A stretch of DNA of 29,834 nt from NCBI GenBank assembly GCA_026023565.1, contig JAPETS010000034.1, forward strand, positions 310,001 through 339,834, written 5' to 3'. Numbering within the stretch: position 1 is the stretch's first letter; each line of letters begins with the position of its first letter. Position numbers and translations under genes: made by a program. This document shows positions 10,727-21,458 of this stretch, one piece after another. The notes under the pieces are model-generated. The model was not told where the DNA came from. It ran no database searches and saw only the letters and a program-made list of their open reading frames with translations. Source of the stretch: Cirrosporium novae-zelandiae. Lineage: Eukaryota.

Positions 10727-11681
10727 ATGTCCTCGTCTCTCGTCACTACCCGCGCACTCCTGCGACATCAACAATTCACAACCCGCCGACTTCTCTTCTC
10801 TCAGTCTCGGACTTCCTTTGCGCGATCCGCTTCAACTTCTTCAGAAGCAGCACAAAAGGCCAAGGAGTCCGCCGCTTCCGCCGCGGCAAAGGCGCAAGAA
10901 ACATTTAGCAAGGTAACAGCGGCAGCCGGGCCGGCTCTCACCAATGCTATAAAAGGAATGAGCAATGCTACGTTAGGGATAGGCAAGGCATTGGGCAATG
11001 TTGGAGGACGGTCCGGAAGATTAATTGCATTTGTGCAGTGTAAGTTGGATCAATTGTTTGTCATTCAACACCTGAGAAAAGTATCCAATTGGGAAGAAAA
11101 TATACTGCCTGTGCTTGTGCTTGGGCAGATTTTACAACGTCAAGATATATGCTCTTGCCAGCAAATTCTAGAAATCGTTGGATCGTCTAGTCTCGTCTCT
11201 TTTCTTTCCCATGAAGGCCTTACGGTCACTTCAATTGATGCATCGTTAGGCTAAAAAGCTAATCTTTTCACAGCCATGATCCCTCCGACAATGTACTACT
11301 CCAAAGTCTTCTTGGAGCTTGCCAAACTTGTCGTCGAAGCCCGTAAAATGACTCCCCCGTAAGCCCCCGGTCTTCTTGCTATTCAAATTCAAATGGAACT
11401 AACCGGTGGCCTGGCACAGTCCTGCGGAATCTTTCAACACGTATTACAAGATGATCATGGAAAATATCAGACAGCCCAGGTCCCTCTTAACACGTGTAAC
11501 CAAGTCCCCCTTGACACCCGAGAGTGCCCTCCAACAGCTCCGAAATGTCGATCGTCAGCAAGCAGCCAACGCCGCCGTTATATTCGCCGAGGTAATGGGA
11601 TTCTTTACTGTTGGAACTATGATTGGACGTATGAAGATTGTGGGATACAGAGGTGGAAATACTCATCATGAGGAACATTAG
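10727..11681 (+). CDS. ATP20: Mitochondrial F1Fo ATP synthase subunit g (219 aa). Exons 10727-11039, 11274-11358, 11420-11681
   Basis: Arg/Ser-rich presequence, IPPTMYYSKVFLELAKLV..RKMTPP, and C-terminal AEVMGFFTVGTMIGRMKIVGY (GxxxG). Both introns are canonical (GTAAGT..GCTAAT..CAG; GTAAGC..ACTAAC..CAG) and in phase. Confidence 0.93.
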
Positions 11682-12467
11682 ACAAGTTCAGTGGAAGTGA
11701 TAGGGGAGAAAAGCGATAGAGTTGGCGGTGTATTATTGTGCTGCATAATTGATGCGATGTGCTGGAATCGGACAGAAGTTGATTATGATATTAGCGGGGA
11801 TGTCGTGCAAGTGTCCTCTCTTTGAAAATTGAGTTGGGCTCTCTACCCAATGCATGTGCCTCTGTCGTCTGCCAGGTCTTATCGGCTTCTCCGAAGGATT
11901 TTAAGATGGCCACAGCAGTTAGAAAACGCAACTGGCATTACTGTGCGGAGGAGGTGGACTGGTCTGGCCCTCTCCCTGTACATCTAAGTGTACATATATA
12001 TTTGGATGACGATAGAGAGATTTCTGCTTTTGCCTCGCTCGTGTACACCTAGTCTAAAAAAGGAAGAAGAATTCTAAATAATGTTTTCTCATGGCTGCGG
12101 AGAAGTGTGAGTCTCCCCTGGAGCCTCTGGCTGCGCCCACATGCCAATTCAAGGCCGAGGTATGAGGAACATGGTCGGAATCGATGGGAATAATAACAAA
12201 GTTATAATATTATCGCATCATTGCAAGTAGGGCCGGCGATGTCTGCGCTTGTCAGCCACAGACCAACCGATTCCCTTGGCATCCTTGCGAGGTTGTAGCT
12301 GAAGTTCAACCTTGCTGCCGCTTCCGACCTGCTATATTTTCAATGGCAAGGAAGTGATAATAATAGCAACAATAATATCCTCTTGCCATCATAATACCCT
12401 ATACCTACCCAAAACACCATCAATAAACTTGCCCTTCGGTGAAAGCGCCGCAAATCACTAGAACACC

Positions 12468-14729
12468 ATGTCCGACCCCACCACTGAAGCCCCTCCGTCC
12501 TCTGTCCACCCGCTGTTCTACAACTATCCCACCCCCAAAGAAGCACCGGAGACTCCCTACTCTGCCGAAATCAAACCAGTCCCAGCTCTGCGAGGTCTTC
12601 CCCTAGCCATTGCCGCTTCAGCGTGAGACGAATGCACAACACTCCTCATCCCCAGAGCTTACGCTAATTGCTCCTCTAGCGTGTCAAACATTGGACCCCT
12701 ACAAACAATACTCTGGAAGACTGCAGGCTTCGGGGGGTTGAGAGATATCAATGAGCTAGAAGATGAGCAGCCGAGATATGAGCCTACCGTTATCCCTGTC
12801 AAAGATGTAGAAGTCGAAGGAGGTGAGAGGACGAATGGAGATAGAAAAGAGGAAAAAGATTATATGGACGACGGGAAGGATGATCGCGAGGGATCAAAAA
12901 GCTATCACTCCATCTCGTGGTACCATTCTCAATACCTCTCCGGGTCCCTAACCCCCACTGCCGTCGCCAAAGCCCTCCTTCCCCTCATCCGTCGCGATAC
13001 AAACCCTCCTGGACAGCATTCGGTAGCATGGCTGTCCACGAACCCCGAGCGCGTTCTTGCAGCCGCAGAAGCCTCCACAGAGCGCTACCGGGAGGGGAAG
13101 CCACTAGGACAGCTGGACGGAGTTCCAGTGGCGGTGAAAGATGAGGTAGATGTAGAAGGGATGCCCAAGTGTTTAGGTTCGAGGATAGATTTTACGCCGA
13201 AAGAAAACATCACAAGCTGGTGTGTGAAGAAGTGGGAAGAGGAAGGCGCAGTGGTGCTGGGGAAAACGAATATGCATCAATTGGGACTAGGTACGTACAA
13301 GGTCCATTCCATATCTATATCCATATCCATGTCCATGGTCCATGTGTAGATGCCTGAAAAGAAACCGTCACCGTATTTTTGTAAATGCCCCCCATGTCAC
13401 CACATAATCCGCCATAAGCCAAACCTTGAAACCCGCTGCATACAATTTTTGATACCACATCCATCAGGACTGTTCCATCCGTGTGTTCCACCACACACCC
13501 GACGCTGACGCAACTACTACCAAACAGATACCACAAACCTAAATCCCCACATGCAAACCCCACTGAACCCGCACTCGCCCTCACCCACCAACCTGTACTA
13601 CACAGGCGGGTCCTCCGGCGGATCCGCCCACACCGTCTCTCTAAACTTAGTACCCCTCTCCCTCGGCGCCGACGGCGGAGGGTCAATCCGAATCCCCTCC
13701 TCCTTCTGCGGCCTGTACGGCCTAAAACCAAGCTCGGGACGCATCTCCGCCGCGCCAACCCCGTCTCTGGCCCCGAGCTGCGGCGTCATCGGGCCCCTCG
13801 CAAGTAGCATTGCAGACCTGCGCACGGGGTACGAGATCCTGGCTCGCGCGGACCCCTCTCACCCAACGTCATCGCTGTTCCCACCGCCCTCCCAACCCCT
13901 CCACGCAACACCACCAGCAACCAAACACCTGGGCATCTACGCTCCCTGGTTCACCCCATCCGCATGCCCAGACCCCGAAGTCCGCCGCCTGGTACAACGC
14001 GCACTAGACTACTATACCTCCCCCGCGGGCGGCTCCTACACCCTAACACCCATAACCCTCCCCTACCTCCCCGCGGGCCAAAACGCCCACGCCATGACCA
14101 TAATGTCCGAAATTACCTCTGGAATTTCCCCCACCCACATCCCCCTCTTCACCCCCGCCAACAAGCTCCTCCTCTCCACCTCCGCGGCGACACCCGCCCA
14201 CGACGTGCTCCTGGCCCAAAAGCTCCGCAACCTCCTCATGCGCCACCTCGCCTTCCTCTACCGCAAATATCCGGGCCTCATAATCGTAAGTCCCACAACA
14301 CCCATGCGGGGGTGGAAAGTGGGGTCCCTGGCCACCGATTTAGGAAAATACGGTGCCAGCGAAAGCGACGCGCAGCGTTTATGCATGCGATACGTCTGGC
14401 TCGCAAATTTCACGGGATGTCCTGCGATTTCGTGTCCTGTTGGATACGTAGAAAGTAATAACAGCAATACCAATACCAATAACATTAACAACAACCAAAA
14501 AGAAAAAGACAAGAAAGTGAAAGAAGAGGAAGAAGAAGGCAAAGGCCTACCAATCGGCCTAATGGGCATGGGAGAATGGGGCAGCGAGGTAGAGTTGCTG
14601 AGGTTTGCGGAAGATGGAATGGGCGTGCTTGGGAAGGGGGGGTTGAAACCCCCCGGGGAGTTGGTGGGCGCGGTGGGGGGGAAGGGGTTTCCGGGGTTTG
14701 TGAATATTGAGGCGATTATTGGGAGGTGA
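12468..14729 (+). CDS. Amidase-signature family enzyme, FAAH/GatA-like (655 aa). Exons 12468-12622, 12680-13290, 13528-14729
   Basis: [10 protein letters not shown] (catalytic Lys), [16 protein letters not shown] (cis-Ser), [23 protein letters not shown] (nucleophile Ser), [14 protein letters not shown]. Introns GTGAGA..GCTAAT..TAG and GTACGT..GCTGAC..CAG are in phase. Confidence 0.92.
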
Positions 14730-15073
14730 GATGATGGGGGTGGTGGTGGTAGGAGGGGAGAGGAGGGTAGGGGATGGGAAGGGGGGTGTATAACCCAGTA
14801 GAGTGGAGTAGTTGTTCTCATGCCTGACCTGACCTGACTTGCTATTTTACGTACTGTATTGGATGTATGGATGGATAGATGGATGGATAGTCAACGATAT
14901 AGATAGATATACACACACACACCTTCGGTAATTAGACTCAAAACTCAAAACTCAATCAACATATGCCATATCATATCAAACTAGGAAATTTCTCTTTCGC
15001 ATTTCCAATTATCCATCCAAAAAAAAGGTTTTCAAGTTTTCAATTCCCACCACTCTTCATCCATTTTTTTTAT

Positions 15074-17431
15074 CTAATCATCATCAATACCACTCCATTC
15101 CTCCTCTTCCCCAACCCCTCTTCCTTCCCCCATCCCCTCTATCTTCCCATCTCTCTCCCTCCCCTTCCGAGCCAAACTCCCCCTAACAGCCCCCCTCCTC
15201 CGATTCTCGACCCTCCTCTCAAACCCACTCTTAGTACTAATCCTATTTCTGCCACCCTCCAACTTCCTCTCCCTGATGCCACCCTGGCGCTTAAGTTTCT
15301 GCCTCTCCTTTTTCGACACGTCTGGTAGGGTATCGAGTAACCATTTCGGGATAGAAGAAGAAGAAGAATTCTCCCCCTTTTCCTTTTCCCTTTCGTTGGT
15401 GGTTTTTTCGTTTTTGTTGTTGTTGTTATTATTATTATTATTTCCCTGTTGTTGTTCGGCACGCACTTTCTCGCTTGCGGCGATGACGTTGGCGACGTTC
15501 TTCACGTAGGGGATGTCCTCCTTGGTGTAGAAGGTTATAGCGACTCCGCCCTCGCGGCCCGCGCGTCCGGTTCTCCCCACGCGGTGGACGTAGCCTGCGG
15601 CGCTTGCGGGGACGTCGTAATTGATGACTGCGTTTACGCCGCGGAAATCGACGCCGCGGGCTAGGAGGTCGGTTGTTATGAGGACCCAGACCTCGCCTTT
15701 TCGGAAGTCTTTGAGGGCTTTCTCGCGGATGTGGGAGGGGAGGGAGGAGTGGAGGACTGCGAGGCGGGAGGAGCCGCCGGCTGAGGGAGGGATGTCGTAT
15801 GCAAGTTCGGCGTGTAAGGCTGTGGCGCGGAGGATGGTTTGGGTGAAGATGAGGAAGGGTGGGTACATGGGTGGGAGATCTGATGATTGGGATGCTGGGT
15901 GTAGGATCTGGCGTATGGCTAGAAGCTTGCCTTGCTCTGTAGCGGTGTAGATCAGCTTATGTGTGATGGAGGGGAGGGCCGTGTCTTTAAGGCCGACTAT
16001 AAGACGAATCAGAGGGCCAGATGAAACGGTGCGTGGGCGACCATGGTGGGTGGAGAGAGCTAAAGTCTCGATCGATGATGATATTGTTGCTGACCATAGA
16101 GATACGCGGAGGGAGGGGTTCGTGCATGCTGCCCATATGGTAAGGGTTTCGGTTCGGAAGAGGGGGTCAAGAAGGACATCTGCTTCGTCAAAAACGAGGT
16201 GATGGACGGTAGGTAGGGGGTATGGCTCAGCCTTTTGAGCATTTGGTGACATTGCATGGAGAAGCGCTAGTGGAGTGCTGACAATGATGTCGGCTTTGGT
16301 TATAGAAGTTTTGGATCCTGTGTTCTGTTCTCTGTCTGAGGTGGACCCATCGCTATCTTCCTCGGAAGAACTTTCTTCTTGTAGTTTGGCGACCTGCTGA
16401 TCTTCCTCCTTGCCTGTAAATAGATTGATGCCCTTTCTCATAACAACAAGTTTGATAGAAGTTCCCTTTGCTAATTTCCTTCCTTCTTTGACTATTTGGT
16501 GTGCAAGTTCTTTTGTAGGAGCAAGTATGATCGCCTGTGGGCCATTTTGTCTTCCTTCTTTTACGCCTTCAGCGTCTTGCTTGATAATATCTCTCTTCTT
16601 CAGTATAGCGTTCACAACAGGTATTAAAAAGGCCAGAGTCTTCCCACTTCCCGTAGGAGCAATAGTTAATAAGTCCACGCCCGTTTCGATTCTCTGATCC
16701 TCCGTAGGTATACTTTCAGTCTTTCCAAAACCCTCGACATCCTCAACGGATCCAAGCAACAAAGGCAAACTCCCCAACTGCACCTCAGTAGGAATCCTAA
16801 ACCCTTGCGCCTTGATATTTTCAATCACAACTTTTGAAACCCCATACCGACTCCGTAACTGACCAAACGAAGAAAGCGGTTGTGGATAGAGGCTCTTTGG
16901 CTTCGACTTTTTTTCTAGTACTGGTGTAAGCTCCTGGCGCAGCTTCTTTTTCTTCTTCTTAGATTTGGAGTCCTGTGTAGATACATCTGATGGCGAGGGA
17001 GTGGTAGAAGCAGAGAGGACGGTAACCTTGAGCTTATGTTCCCGAAGAATCTTTCTGCATTCGTCCGAACTCAGCCATTCCGGGTCTGAAGAGCTCGAGT
17101 CCTGGATATCCGTAGCTGTAGATGGCGCATCATTTGTGGTTTCAACATCTCTTTTCTTTGACCTGGAATTTTTTGCGGTCCTTGTATCAGATCTCCTCCC
17201 CTTGCCAAAGAAATCTATATCTGCAGTAACTTCAGCCTCGTCCCTCTTGCGCTTTTTGTTGTTTCCAGCAGAATTTGCCGATTCATTATGACCTTTGGGG
17301 CCAAAGTTGGATCCGAAAATTTGAGGGGATTCGGGATCGCCAGCTGAGGGTAACGCTCTAGTGGGTGCAATTGTTGATGACTGTTTCTTCTTGAGATTTG
17401 TTGACCGTTTCAATAGTCGTAATGGATCCAT
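15074..17431 (-). CDS. ROK1: ATP-dependent DEAD-box RNA helicase Rok1/DDX52, 18S rRNA processing (785 aa, intronless)
   Basis: Starts MDPLRLLKRST. Q motif GFRIPTEVQ, APTGSGKT, APTKELA, DEADVLLDPLFR, SAT, TDLLARGVDF and YVHRVGRTGRAGR. ATEQGKLLAIRQ and PPFLIFTQT are typical of Rok1. Confidence 0.94.
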   Translation of the reverse strand: MDPLRLLKRSTNLKKKQSSTIAPTRALPSAGDPESPQIFGSNFGPKGHNESANSAGNNKKRKRDEAEVTADIDFFGKGRRSDTRTAKNSRSKKRDVETTNDAPSTATDIQDSSSSDPEWLSSDECRKILREHKLKVTVLSASTTPSPSDVSTQDSKSKKKKKKLRQELTPVLEKKSKPKSLYPQPLSSFGQLRSRYGVSKVVIENIKAQGFRIPTEVQLGSLPLLLGSVEDVEGFGKTESIPTEDQRIETGVDLLTIAPTGSGKTLAFLIPVVNAILKKRDIIKQDAEGVKEGRQNGPQAIILAPTKELAHQIVKEGRKLAKGTSIKLVVMRKGINLFTGKEEDQQVAKLQEESSSEEDSDGSTSDREQNTGSKTSITKADIIVSTPLALLHAMSPNAQKAEPYPLPTVHHLVFDEADVLLDPLFRTETLTIWAACTNPSLRVSLWSATISSSIETLALSTHHGRPRTVSSGPLIRLIVGLKDTALPSITHKLIYTATEQGKLLAIRQILHPASQSSDLPPMYPPFLIFTQTILRATALHAELAYDIPPSAGGSSRLAVLHSSLPSHIREKALKDFRKGEVWVLITTDLLARGVDFRGVNAVINYDVPASAAGYVHRVGRTGRAGREGGVAITFYTKEDIPYVKNVANVIAASEKVRAEQQQGNNNNNNNNNKNEKTTNEREKEKGENSSSSSIPKWLLDTLPDVSKKERQKLKRQGGIRERKLEGGRNRISTKSGFERRVENRRRGAVRGSLARKGRERDGKIEGMGEGRGVGEEEEWSGIDDD

Positions 17432-18093
17432 TTTCGAAAATTTGGAGGAGATTTTGCATTGGATAACAATTCTCACAGCGACGAAGTAAAAAATAACGGG
17501 ATTTGCCGCGTTATCTTTTTTCTCTTTCTTTGTTTTTTACAATCTTCCGTCTTCCGTATCTCATAGCACCACCATACCTTGGTGGCCATAACTCTCCCCA
17601 ATTTGACTACTTCGTGTTTGAAAGTTGCTTTAAATCGTACCACTTTTATAAGAAAAATATATAGTATATTCTTAGAATATTTCCCTATTACTTTAAATCA
17701 TTTTAGCTACGCATGTATCTAACATCTATCTATTGTCTGTTGGACATCCGGCATTTCCCCGTTACATACGAGACGGGAAAGCTGTTTCAGCCATTTCTAA
17801 AGTCTGAGTCTCTATCTGAATCACTAATTATCCCCTTAACTCAAAAGAAGCCATTCGAAAGCAATGGTAATATTTCAACTCATTATCTGCAAGTCATCCT
17901 TTCCGTTTATTCTAGATGCTGATACTTTCTTCCATACCCCGTCGTTAGGCCTGATGGATTGAGCCATAAGAATATCTATTCTTTCTCTCTGTCCGTCTTT
18001 CTTTTCCATGTCAGTTCCTGGATTGGTTCCTGCAAAGGAGCTGGTACCTTTGGATTTGGCCAACTGCTACCTCCCCTATCTATATTAGAGCCA

Positions 18094-19530
18094 ATGACCA
18101 CCAGGAGTTGGCAGGACTGGTCTGCCCTCCTGAGAGAGTTTTTCCGCAAACTCTTTGCGCGCCTGAGACATTATCCTACATCCGCAGACCTGGCAGCATC
18201 CAGTATCCTTAGGTTCGCCTTTCTGGACTCTGCCCCTCAGCTTTCATCGATATCAAGTTTTTCATCCTTGCCCACATTTACCTCGAGCCAATATTCCGTA
18301 CAGACCCCTTGGCCTGCAGATGAGATATCTCTGCCCGAACCAATACCCAACGGTCGACCAATACAATATGTCTCAGATCGTCACTCTTCTCCAAAGTTAG
18401 TTGTCCTACCAGAATGTAGAAGGGCGGCTATGGCAGTGGGGGTTGAACATGCGGATATTCTCCTGTCAACTACGGGGTTCGGCAAGACTCCGCGCGCTAC
18501 CAGCGCGGCATCGGCTCATACCTTGCGCAGGGTTAAGGCGAGGGGGAAATTGAAAGGTAGCGGTACATACGCAGCAATGTCCCTAGAGGGATCCCACGGC
18601 GATCCTAGCGGCTTGTCCGACATGTATGCCACTGAGAGTAATCCATCGAGCCTTATGATCAAGCCACGAGATGACGTCGTTGCGGCGGACACCTTGCACG
18701 ACCAGCGGCTTTTCAGGACATTCTGCGTTATTGACGTGCAAGGGCGAGTTAGGTTTGTCTCATCTGATTTGCTACCGGCACAGAATCCGGCAACCGGTCA
18801 CGACCTGTTCCTAGATTGCGGCAAGGGGCGGGAAGGCCGTTTCGAGACCTTGGTGGACTCTGAGGCAAACGGTAAAGGTTCGTGCCACTCAATATTGATC
18901 AGTGAGCTATTGTCAGCCGAAACAGGGCGATTATGTTATGAACTGGCCTCGTTCGTCGACGTCACTTGGTCTTATAATATGGGTATGCTGGATGAAGAGT
19001 TGTTAGAATTGGAAGGAGACCACAGGGCGAAAAATAAAATGAATGTTACTGAGGGGGGGAATCCATTGGAGGACTTTGACCGCTGGCCCCAGTTTAGGGA
19101 AGAACGGGAGCGAAGGTCAAAGGCGCATGTTCGAAATAGCAGCAGCAACACGGCTACATTCGACAATGACTGGTCGATTCTACGAGCCTTCGAGGAAGAG
19201 ATTACAAGTTTCTATACTACCTACTTCGTCCTCAGTCCTTGGGAAGAACAAAGCGGCTGCTATAGGATTTCCCATGTATCGCCAGAGTTGTATCGCAGTC
19301 GAGAGTATATCGAGGGACATTTCGAGCACACATCTACGAGGACGATCCGGAACCTAGCACAACGTCTAGGAAAGGGTGAGAGTGTGGTTACAACGATCAA
19401 GTGGGGATCTCATGCAATTGAAAAATGGCTATATTGCGTGCCCTTATTCGACCCATTACTGAGCTGCAGCGACCGCTGGGTCTGCTTCTTGGTGGATAGA
19501 GGATTGCCTAACTTCTGGGACCCGGAATAA
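18094..19530 (+). CDS. Hypothetical protein with two PAS-fold-like domains (degenerate LOV-like plus C-terminal PAS-like); start codon uncertain
   Basis: 478-aa intronless ORF. FCVID..VRFVSSDL and SILISELLSAETGRLCYELASFVDVT resemble the first and last strands of LOV/PAS-PAC. YFVLSP..RISHVSPEL..LGKGESVVTTIKWG..KWLYCVPL..WVCFLVD resembles the C-terminal PAS-like domain of fungal RGS-LOV proteins. Confidence 0.7.
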   Translation: MTTRSWQDWSALLREFFRKLFARLRHYPTSADLAASSILRFAFLDSAPQLSSISSFSSLPTFTSSQYSVQTPWPADEISLPEPIPNGRPIQYVSDRHSSPKLVVLPECRRAAMAVGVEHADILLSTTGFGKTPRATSAASAHTLRRVKARGKLKGSGTYAAMSLEGSHGDPSGLSDMYATESNPSSLMIKPRDDVVAADTLHDQRLFRTFCVIDVQGRVRFVSSDLLPAQNPATGHDLFLDCGKGREGRFETLVDSEANGKGSCHSILISELLSAETGRLCYELASFVDVTWSYNMGMLDEELLELEGDHRAKNKMNVTEGGNPLEDFDRWPQFREERERRSKAHVRNSSSNTATFDNDWSILRAFEEEITSFYTTYFVLSPWEEQSGCYRISHVSPELYRSREYIEGHFEHTSTRTIRNLAQRLGKGESVVTTIKWGSHAIEKWLYCVPLFDPLLSCSDRWVCFLVDRGLPNFWDPE

Positions 19531-19877
19531 GCTTTCAACATTTGCGGATAAACCAGAACCTTGGACCACTTTGTCTGCAGAAATTATTCCGCCATGAAAT
19601 CATTGTGAAAGGATTCTCCGCTGAGAGGGTTTTTTTTCGCTCTCGTTCTCTTAGGTCGTATGATGGAAACGCCGTCGCATTCATCCGAATTAGCCACAGG
19701 ACACCAATGAGTTTTTGGTTGGAAATCAAATTCCAAGCCCGCAGCTCTGGGATCCATGGTTCAGGTATGCTCAGATTAAGTGAGAGAGTAATATTGATCA
19801 TATGTCTTACTTTGTTTTCAAAGATGCCTGATTAAGAACAGGAAGCAGAAAGGTTGACTACTATGGGAAAAGGTTTG

Positions 19878-20030
19878 GTGGAGTACTGGAGAAGGAAACG
19901 AATTCGGGCTTGACACGACCATGGCACCCCGCTATGGGTAAGTACGGCTAAGTTTTAGGTGTGGTAGGTGGGGACCGGTAATCGGGAATGGGGAGGATTA
20001 ATTGGGGATACACTGGGGCCCCTCGGTAAA
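19878..20030. promoter_or_regulatory. Cluster of CreA-type (SYGGRG) and XlnR/AraR-type (CGG..TAA) motifs upstream of the arabinitol dehydrogenase
   Basis: SYGGRG at 19878, 19886, 19927 (reverse), 19968 and 20013. CGGCTAA at 19945; CGGTAA at 19976 and 20024. Confidence 0.5.
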
Positions 20031-20307
20031 ATTGAATGCGAAAGGCTTGCCCCGGTGCCCAGACCGTTCGCCATCAGAAGCATCGCAATACTCAGCTGCC
20101 AGGAAAAAGATCACCATCTGAAACACCAACTCATCACGTTGTGCAGTGCTTGCTCTTGCTCTTAAATTCAAGACCCAGACGACCTCACATTAACACCATC
20201 ATCCACCAGCATCGCCTCACTGCTCGAATATCCACTCACCATACATTCAATTGACTCAGTTCCCTCCTCCTTACCATACCCCACATTATCAACTCATATC
20301 ACCAAAC

Positions 20308-21458
20308 ATGGCCGCGCAAGCAGTTAAACCAAACATTGCAGTTCACACCAACCCAAAGCACGATCTCTGGATCGCCCCTGCTAGTCCTACCCTTGAGGAG
20401 GTCCAGAAGGGTGAGGGTTTGAAAGATGGATATGTGACAGTGGGAATCAAAAGCACTGGAATTTGCGGGTATACTTTTTTGAAAAGGATTTTAATGAATG
20501 CACCACTGACAATTTCTGTAGTTCTGATATTCATTTCTGGCATGCTGGTTGCATTGGACCTATGATTGTCACTGGCGATCATGTTCTTGGCCATGAATCT
20601 GCTGGTATAGTTCTTGCTGCACATCCCTCCGTAACCTCCCTCAAGGTTGGAGATCGTGTCGCCATTGAACCTCAGGTCACTTGCACCGCCTGTGAACCAT
20701 GCCGCACAGGTAGATATAATGGTTGTGAAACTGTCGATTTCCTTTCTACCCCACCAGTTCCTGGTTTGTTGAGACGATATGTCAACCACCCCGCCAGCTG
20801 GTGCTACAAGATTGGGGACATGTCTTATGAGTACGGTGCAATGCTAGAGCCTCTGTCAGTGGCACTTGCAGGTATTGAACGAGCAAACCTGAAGCTTGGT
20901 GACCCAACTTTAATCTGTGGTGCTGGACCCATCGGGCTCATGTGCCTGCTCTGTTGTAAAGCTGCAGGGGCCACCCCTGTCGTCATTACAGACATCGATC
21001 AGGGCAGATTAGATTTTGCCAAAAAAATCGATCCCAATGTCAAGACTGTTCTCATCGAAAAGGGTGCAAGCGATGAAGATATTGCAGCTAAGATTAAGAC
21101 GCTCGCAGGAGGCCCCATCGCCATTGGTCTCGAGTGCACCGGTGTCGAAAGCAGTATTTCTACTGCTATCTGGTCTATGAAATTTGGAGGAAGGATAATG
21201 GTGATTGGTGTTGGCAAGAACCTAATCAACATCCCATTTATGCGACTGAGTGTCATGGAAATCGACCTTCTTTTCGAATACCGATATGCCAACACCTGGC
21301 CCAAGGCTATCCGTCTTGTCAACGGTGGTTTCATCGATCTCTCGAAGCTAGTCACCCACCGATTCACTCTGGACGACGCAATCAAAGCATTCCAAACGGC
21401 TGCAGATCCCAAGACAGGCTGCATCAAGGTGCAAATTAAAGACGAAATAGATTGTTAG
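20308..21458 (+). CDS. lad1: L-arabinitol 4-dehydrogenase, Zn-dependent MDR family (365 aa). Exons 20308-20468, 20522-21458
   Basis: [38 protein letters not shown] (restored by the 53-nt intron 20469-20521), LGHESAG, structural Zn [35 protein letters not shown]. Confidence 0.93.

Noticed and set aside
11601..11630. ATP20 has GTMIG where GEMIG/GEIIG is usual
   Set aside because: A single substitution with GxxxG intact; significance cannot be judged without an alignment.
13315..17291. Many antisense and alternate-frame ORFs over the amidase and ROK1
   Set aside because: Shadow ORFs expected in GC-rich coding sequence.
20251..20307. In-frame TTG upstream of the lad1 ATG
   Set aside because: Only 38 open codons upstream and C at -3 of the TTG; within chance expectation, unlike the SFP1 case.
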